Shown here one piece after another: positions 37,301 to 44,088 of a stretch of 44,088 nt of DNA. Made by a program: the position numbers and the translations under genes. The notes beneath the pieces were generated by a model. It saw nothing but the letters and a program-made list of their open reading frames with translations. It had not been told where the DNA came from and ran no database searches. Each line of letters starts with the position of its first letter. Position 1 is the first letter of the stretch. The stretch spans positions 10,617,863-10,661,950 of the forward strand of contig NC_069004.1 in the NCBI RefSeq assembly GCF_001194135.2. The letters are read 5' to 3'. Source of the DNA: Octopus bimaculoides. Its lineage: Eukaryota.

Positions 37301-40300
37301 TAGTACGTACGTACGGAAGAACGAACGAAGTAACGAAAGAATGGAAGAACGAACGATGGAGAGAACAATCGAGCAAACGAAAGAACGTACGTACGTACGT
37401 ATGTACGAACAAACGATGGAACGTATGTACATACATACGTAAGAATGAACGCACGAACGAGCGTACGTACGAACAACCGTACGTACGAATGAATGAACGT
37501 ACGTACGTACGAAAGATCGAATGAACAAACGAAGGAAAGAAAGAAGTAACGAATGAACGTTCGTACTCACGTACGTGAGAACGAACGAACGAACGAACGT
37601 ACCTACGAACGAACAAATGAACGAAAGAACGTACGAAGGAACGAGCGAACGAACGAACAAACTAACGAACGTACGCACGTACGTACGAACGAACGAACGA
37701 ACGAACGAAAGAAAGAACGAACGAACGTACGTGCGTAAGAATGGCCGTTCGTACGTACGCGCGTACGTTCGTTACTTTGTTTGTTTGTTCGTTAGTTCGT
37801 TCTTTCATTTGTTTGTTCGTTCCTTCGTTGTTACGTACGTACGGACGTATTTGCGTTCGTTCGTACGTAGGTACTTATATACGTACCTACGTACGTAATT
37901 ACGTTCGTTCGTTCTTACGTTCTTTCTTTCGTTCGTTCGAATTTACGTACGTACGTACGTAACTTCGTTCGTTCGTACCTACGTACATATGTACGTACGT
38001 TCGTACTTTCGTTCGTTCGATCGTTCGTACGTACGTAGGTTCGTTCGCTCTTTCGCTCGTTCCTACGTANNNNNNNNNNNNNNNNNNNNNNNNNNNNNNN
38101 NNNNNNNNNNNNNNNNNNNNNNNNNNNNNNNNNNNNNNNNNNNNNNNNNNNNNNNNNNNNNNNNNNNNNTCATTCGTTCGCTCGTTCGTTCGTACGTTCG
38201 TTCGATATTTCTTCCGCACATACGTACGTACGTTTGTTCTTTCGTTCGTTTGTTCGTTGGTTCCTTTGTTCATTCGTTGGTTCGTTTGTTCGTTCGTTCT
38301 TTCGTACGTACTTACGTAAGGGCGTACGTTCGTTAGTTTGTTCATTCGTTCATACGTACGTACGTACATATGTACCTACTTACGTACGTTCGTTTCTTCA
38401 TTCGTTCGTTCCTTCTTTCGTACATACATACGTCCAATTTGTTCGTTCGTTTTTTGTCGTACCTACGTACGTTCTTTCGTTCAATCGTTCGTTCGTTCGT
38501 TCGTTCGTTCTTTCGTTCTACGTACGTTCGTCCGTTTCATTGTTCGTTCGTTTGTTCGGTCGTTCGTTGGTTCTTACTTACGTACGTAAATCCGTACGGA
38601 CGTTCGTTCGTTGCCTCGTTCGTTAGTTATTTCGTTCTTTCGTACGTACGTACGTTCGTTCGTTAGTTCGTTCATTCATATATATGTACCTAGAAACATA
38701 CGTTCGTTCGTTCGTTCGTTCGTTCGTTCGTAATTACGTTTCTTCTTTCGTTTATTCGTTTGTACTTACGAACTTACTTATGTACGCACGTTCTTTCCTT
38801 CCTTCGAGCCTTTGTTCATACGTACGTTCGTTCGTTTGTACGTACGTAGGTTCGTTCGTACATTCGTACGTAAGTACGTTCGTTCGTTCGTTCATTTATA
38901 CATATGTACGTACGAACATACGCACGCTCGTTCGTTCGTTCATTCATAGATATGTACGTACGAATATACGTACGTTCGTTCGTTCATTCGTTCGTTCGTT
39001 CATTCGTTCGTTCGTTCATTCGTTCGTTCGTTCTTTCGTTTGTTCGTTCGTTAGTTCGTTCATATCGTTCGTTCGCTCACACATACGTACGTACGTACGT
39101 ACTAACGAGCTTACCAACGGAATGAACGAACGAACGAACGAAAGAACCAAAGTACGAACGATCGCACGTACGTACGTACGTACGAACAAACGAACGAACG
39201 AAAGAGTGAATGTACGTACGTACGTAAGTACATACGTACGATCGAACAAACGAACGAACGAACGTAAGTACGTACGAACTAACGAAAGAATGAACGAACG
39301 ATCGAACGAACAAACGAAAGAACGTACTAACGAACGATCGAAATGACGAACAATAGAACAAACAAACCAACAAAGGAACGAACGTTCGTACGGCCGAACG
39401 TACGTACGATCGAACGTACGAAACTAACGATGGAACAAACGAACGAATGAACGAAACAAACAAATGAACGAACTATCGACCGAACGAACGAACAAACGAA
39501 CGAAAGAATGAATGAACGAACGAACGAACAATAGAACGAATGAACGAAAGAAAGAACGAACGAACGTACGTGCGTAAGAATGACCGAACGTACGTACGCG
39601 CGTACGCTCATTAGTTTGTTCGTGTGTTCGTTCGTTCGTACGTACATATGTACCTACTTACGTACGTTCGTTCGGTCGTTTGTACATACATACATTCCTA
39701 CGTTCGTTTGTTCGATCGTTCGTATTTTCGATCGTTCTTTCGTTCGTTGTTGTTCGTTCATTTCTTTGTTCGTTCGTTTTGTTTTCGTACGTACGTTCGT
39801 TCTTTCAATCTTTCGCTCGCTCGTTCGTTCGTACGTACGTAATTTCGTTCGTTCTTTCGTTTGTTCGTTCGTTCGTTGGTTCAATCGTTCGTTCGTTCCT
39901 ACGTACGTTCGTTCGTTTGTTCCGTCGTACGTACGCTTGTTCGTTCGTTCGAACGTATGTACCTACATTTGTTCGTTAATTCGTTTGTTCGATCGTTCGT
40001 TCCTTCTTTCGTTCGTTCGTTAATTCTTTCGTTCGTTCGTTCTTACGTACGTACTTACGTTCTTTCATTCGTTTCTTTCATGTTTCGTACGTACGTTCAT
40101 ACGTGCGTACGTTCATACGTGCGTACGTTCGTTCGTTCCTACGTACGTACGTGCGTACATTCGTTCGTTAGTTCGTTCGTTCATTTGTTTGTTCGTTCCT
40201 TCGTTGTTACGTACGTAGGTACTTATATACGTACCTACGTACGTTCGTTTGTTCTTACGTTCGTTCGTTCTTACGTTCTTTCTTTCGTTCGTTCGTAATT

Positions 40301-43300
40301 ACGTACGTACATACGTACCTTCGTTCTTTCGTTCGTTCGTTGGTTTTTACGTACGTAAGTACGTAGGTTCATTCTTTACTTCGTTCTTTCCTTCGTTCGT
40401 TCGTTCGATCGTTCGTACGTACGTACATTCATTCATTCGTACGTACGTACGCTCGTTCGTACGTAAATTCTTACGTATGTACGTACATACGTTCAATCGT
40501 TCTTTCCTTCGTTTGTTCGTTCGTTTTTTAATTTCGTTCGTTCGTACGTACGGACGTACGTTAGTTCTTTCGTTCGTACGTACGTACGTTCGTTCGACCG
40601 TTCGTACGTACGGATGTTAGTTCGTTCGATAGTTTCGTACGTTTGATCGTACGAACGAACGAGCGAACGAACGAACACACTAACGAACGTAAGCACGTAC
40701 GTACGAACGAACGTAAGAAAAAATGAACGACCGATTGAACGAAAGAATGTACGTACGTACGAAAGAACGAACGAACGAACGAACAAACGTACGTCCGTAC
40801 TTGCAAAGGTACGAACGAACAAACGAACGAACGAACGAATGATCGTACGTACGTACGGAAGAACGAAACAAACGAACGAAAGAAAGAACGAACGAACAAA
40901 AGAACGAAAGAACGAAAGAACGAACAAACGAACGAAAGAACGATTGAACGTATGTACGTACATACGTAAGAATGAACGTACAAACGAGCGTACGTACGAA
41001 CGAACTACGTACGTACGAATGAATGAACGTACGTACGTACGAACGATCGAATGAACGAACGAACTAACGAACGAATGTACGCACGTACGTACGTAGGAAC
41101 GAACGAACGTACGCACGTATGTACGTACGAAACATGAAAGAAACGAATGAAAGAACGTAAGTACGTACGTAAGAACGAACGAACGAACGACAGAAGGAAC
41201 GAACGATCGAACAAAAGAATTAACGAACAAATGTAGGTATATACGTACGAACGAACGGACATGCGTACGTACGACGGAACAAACGAACGAACGAACGATT
41301 GAACGAATGAAATACCAAACGAAAGTACGTACGTACGAACGAACGAGCGAGCGAAAGATTGAAAGAAAGATCGTACGTACGAAGAAAAACGAACGAACAA
41401 ACGTACGTACGTACTTGCGAAGGTACGAACGAACAAACGAACGAACGAACGAATGATCGTACGTACGTACGAAAGAACGAAACAAACGAACGAAAGAAAG
41501 AACGAACGAACAAGAGAACGAAAGAACGAACTAACGAACGATCGAAAGGACGAACAATAGAACAAACGAACCAACAAAAGAACGAACGTTCGTGCGGCCG
41601 AACGTACGTACGATCGAACGTACGAAACTAACGAAGGAACAAACGAACGAACGAACGAAACAAACAAATGAACGAACTATCGACCGAACGAACGAACAAA
41701 CGAACGAAAGAATGAATGAACGAACGAGCGAACAAAAGAACGAATGAACAATTGAAAGAAGATCAAACGTACGTACGTAAGTACATATGTACGTAGGTAC
41801 GTAGGTACGTACGAAAGAGTGAATGTACGTATGTACGTACCTACGGACAAAAGAGCGAACGAATGAACAAACTAACGACCGAACGAACGAACGAAAGGAC
41901 AACCGAACGCACGAATGGATGTGCGTACGTACGTACGTAGGAAAGAACGATAGAACGAATGAACGTACGTACGTTCTTAAGTAAGTACGTCCGTTCATAA
42001 GTAAGTACGTACGAACGATCCAACGAACGAACGTACGTTACTAAATACGAACGAACGAACGAACGAACGAACGAAAGAAAGAACGAACGAACGTACGTGC
42101 GTAAGAATGACCGAACGTACGTACGTTCGTACGTACGCGCGTACGCTCATTAGTTTNNNNNNNNNNGTAAGAATGACCGAACGTACGTACGTTCGTACGT
42201 ACGCGCGTACGCTCATTAGTTTGTTCGTGTGTTCGTTCGTTCGTACGTACATATGTACCTACTTACGTACGTGCGTTCGGTAGTTTGTACATACATACAT
42301 ACCTACGTTCGTTCGTTCGATCGTTCGTACTTTCGATCGTTCTTTCGTTCGTTTGTTCGTTCGTACATACATACGTTCATTTCTTTGTTCGTTCGTTTTT
42401 TTTCGTACGTACGTTCGTTCTTTCAATCTTTCGCTCGCTCGTTCGTTCGTGCGTACGTAATTTCGTTCGTTCTTTCGTTTGTTCGTTCGTTGGTTCTATC
42501 GTTCGTTCGTTCCTACGTACGTTCGTTCGTTCGTTTGTTCCGTCGTACGTATGCTTGTTCGTTCGTTCGTACGTATGTACCTACATTTGTTCGTTAATTC
42601 GTTTGTTCGATCGTTCGTTCCTTCTTTCGTTCGTTCATTCTTACGTACGTACTTACGTTCTTTCATTCGTTTCTTTCATGTTTCGTACGTACGTTCATAC
42701 GTGCGTACGTTCGTTCGTTCCTACGTACGTACGTGCATACATTCGTTCGTTAGTTCGTTCGCTCATTTGTTTGTTCGTTCCTTCGTTGTTACGTACGTAG
42801 GTACTTATATACGTACCTATGTACGTTCGTTCGTACGTACGTAATTACGTTCGTTCGTTCTTACGTTCTTTCGTTCGTTCGTTCGTACGTAGGTTTATTC
42901 TTTACTTCGTTCTTTCCTTCGTTCGTTCGTTCGATCGTTCGTACGTACGTACGTTCATTCATTCGTACGTACGTACGCTCGTTCGTACGTAAATTCTTAC
43001 GTATGTACGTACATACGTTCAATCGTTCTTTCCTTCGTTTGTTCGTTCGTTTTTTAATTTCGTTCGTTCGTACGTACGGATGTACGTTAGTTCTTTCGTT
43101 CGTACGTACGTACGTTCGTTCGACCGTTCGTACGTACGGATGTATGTACGTACGATCGTTCGTTTGTTCTTTCGTTTGCACATGCGTTCGTTCCTACGTA
43201 CGTACGTTTGTTCATTCGTTCCTTCGTTTGTTCGTGCGTACGTACGTACATTCTTTCGTTTGCTCGATCGTTCTCTCGTTCGTTCGTTCGTAAATTCTTT

Positions 43301-43781
43301 CGTTACTTCGTTCGTTCTTTCGGTCGTTCGTTTGTTTGTTTCGTTCGATCGTTCGTTCTTTTTTCGTTCGTTCGTTTGTTTCGTTCTTCGGTATGTACGT
43401 ACGATCATTCGTTCGTTTGTTCGTTCGTTTGTTCGTTCTTTTGTACGTAGGTACATTCTTTCGTTCAATCGTTCGTTCATTCTTTCGTACGTTCGTTCGT
43501 TCGTACGTACGTGCGTACATTCGTTAATTTGTTCGTTCGTTCGTTCGTACGTACGTACGTACGTTCGTTCGTTCGTGCGTAAGTTCGTTACTTTGTTCGT
43601 TTGTTCATACGTACGTACGTACATATGTACCTACTTATGCACCTTCGTTCGTTCGTTCGTACATACGTACGTTCAATTCTTTGTTCGTTGGGGTTTTTTT
43701 CGTACCTACGAACGAACAAAGAAACGGACGAATGTACGGACGAACGTACAGACGAACGTACGGACGAACGTACAGACGAAC
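19395..43781. repeat. 24.4-kb complex (AACG/TACG) tetranucleotide-based satellite with internal inversions
   Basis: Nearly all sequence parses into AACG, TACG and single-substitution variants; alternating (TTCG)- and (CGAA)-oriented blocks; five internal gaps. Confidence 0.98.
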
Positions 43782-43794
43782 CCATTCCTTGTCC

Positions 43795-43970
43795 ATCACG
43801 TGATTGATCATTATTCGAATCGGCAACTTCTTCGAACCGTTCCCGCCAGAACGCGAACTGACCAATCACGGCCCCTAATAAGGTCACGTGATAGAGTAAA
43901 ATTCTGAAGCCCATAGTTTTTTATAAATAGCTTTAACTCATACCCAATAATTTGTCTCGGTCCAGTTTCT
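43795..43970 (+). promoter_or_regulatory. Putative Pol II proximal promoter
   Basis: ATCACGTGAT 43795-43804, TTCCCGCC (E2F-like) 43840-43847, GACCAATCA (CCAAT 43862-43866), GTCACGTGAT 43883-43892, TATAAATA 43922-43929, then a pyrimidine-rich/Inr-like stretch ~43951-43972. Confidence 0.6.
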
Positions 43971-44045
43971 CTTTGACAACTGTTCCGTGTACCACACGAC
44001 AGCAGCAGCAGCCAGCGACCACTTCAGCAGCTTCGTCCAGCCACG

Positions 44046-44088
44046 ATGACCTCCGCCGTCGCCACATCAGCAACAAGAGTCTACTACT
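44046..44088 (+). CDS. Possible start of a downstream gene, open to window end (MTSAVATSATRVYY...)
   Basis: First ATG after the TATA box, context CCACGATGA (A at -3), in GC-richer unique sequence. Only 14 codons visible. Confidence 0.4.
   Translation, partial: MTSAVATSATRVYY

Larger units (their letters stand above)
1126..42167. other. Assembly gaps (N runs)
   Basis: 1126-1376, 4332-4892, 6492-7077, 9218-9234, 9481-10244, 11337-12082, 13111-13848, 15145-15495, 16811-17208, 18536-18615, 19295-19394, 25930-26173, 30833-30892, 36632-36850, 38070-38169, 42157-42167. Confidence 0.98.

Noticed and set aside
42106-42222. Tandem duplicate of the junction cassette around an 11-N gap (similarly 11281-11336 versus 12083-12137)
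   Set aside because: Near-identical sequence on both sides of a gap is typical of unmerged contig overlaps, so it is not counted as a separate junction.
19395-43781. CRISPR array, telomeric repeat or rDNA spacer
   Set aside because: No constant repeat with unique spacers, no cas genes, eukaryotic context, no TTAGGG-type unit, and no rRNA sequence.
43825-43858. Heat-shock element (TTC/GAA triplets)
   Set aside because: Spacing does not fit nGAAnnTTCn.
43862-43890. ERSE (CCAAT-N9-CCACG)
   Set aside because: The CACG is about 18 nt after CCAAT and lacks CCACG.
19223-43914. Hundreds of long ORFs (up to 822 aa) with RSFV/RTYV or NERT repeats
   Set aside because: (TTCG)n, (CGAA)n and (GTAC)n contain no stop in any frame, so overlapping ORFs on both strands are expected. 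No splice signals or domain content.

Overview
Eukaryotic, repeat-rich draft-assembly DNA with about 16 N-gaps. It is probably an octopus (coleoid cephalopod) genome; this is inferred from recalled SINE families, not verified. The window has three parts. (1) Bases 1-19,300 are AT-rich intronic DNA dense with tRNA-derived SINEs, RTE-type tails, a mariner-derived MITE, a Penelope-like remnant and microsatellites. It holds four phase-compatible candidate + strand exons (to 1853, 14096-14165, 15567-15717, 18906-18989) of a protein I cannot identify. (2) Bases 19,395-43,781 are a 24.4-kb, extremely CpG-rich complex satellite built from the 4-nt words AACG and TACG. It switches strand nine times, reuses the same inversion junctions, and has a modular higher-order structure. 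(3) Only 13 bp after the satellite ends there is a compact promoter-like cluster (two TCACGTGA E-boxes, E2F-like site, CCAAT, TATA) followed by a good-context ATG open to the window end. Almost all ORFs in the supplied track are artefacts of N-runs or simple repeats. Coordinates and counts were read by eye and no searches were run.
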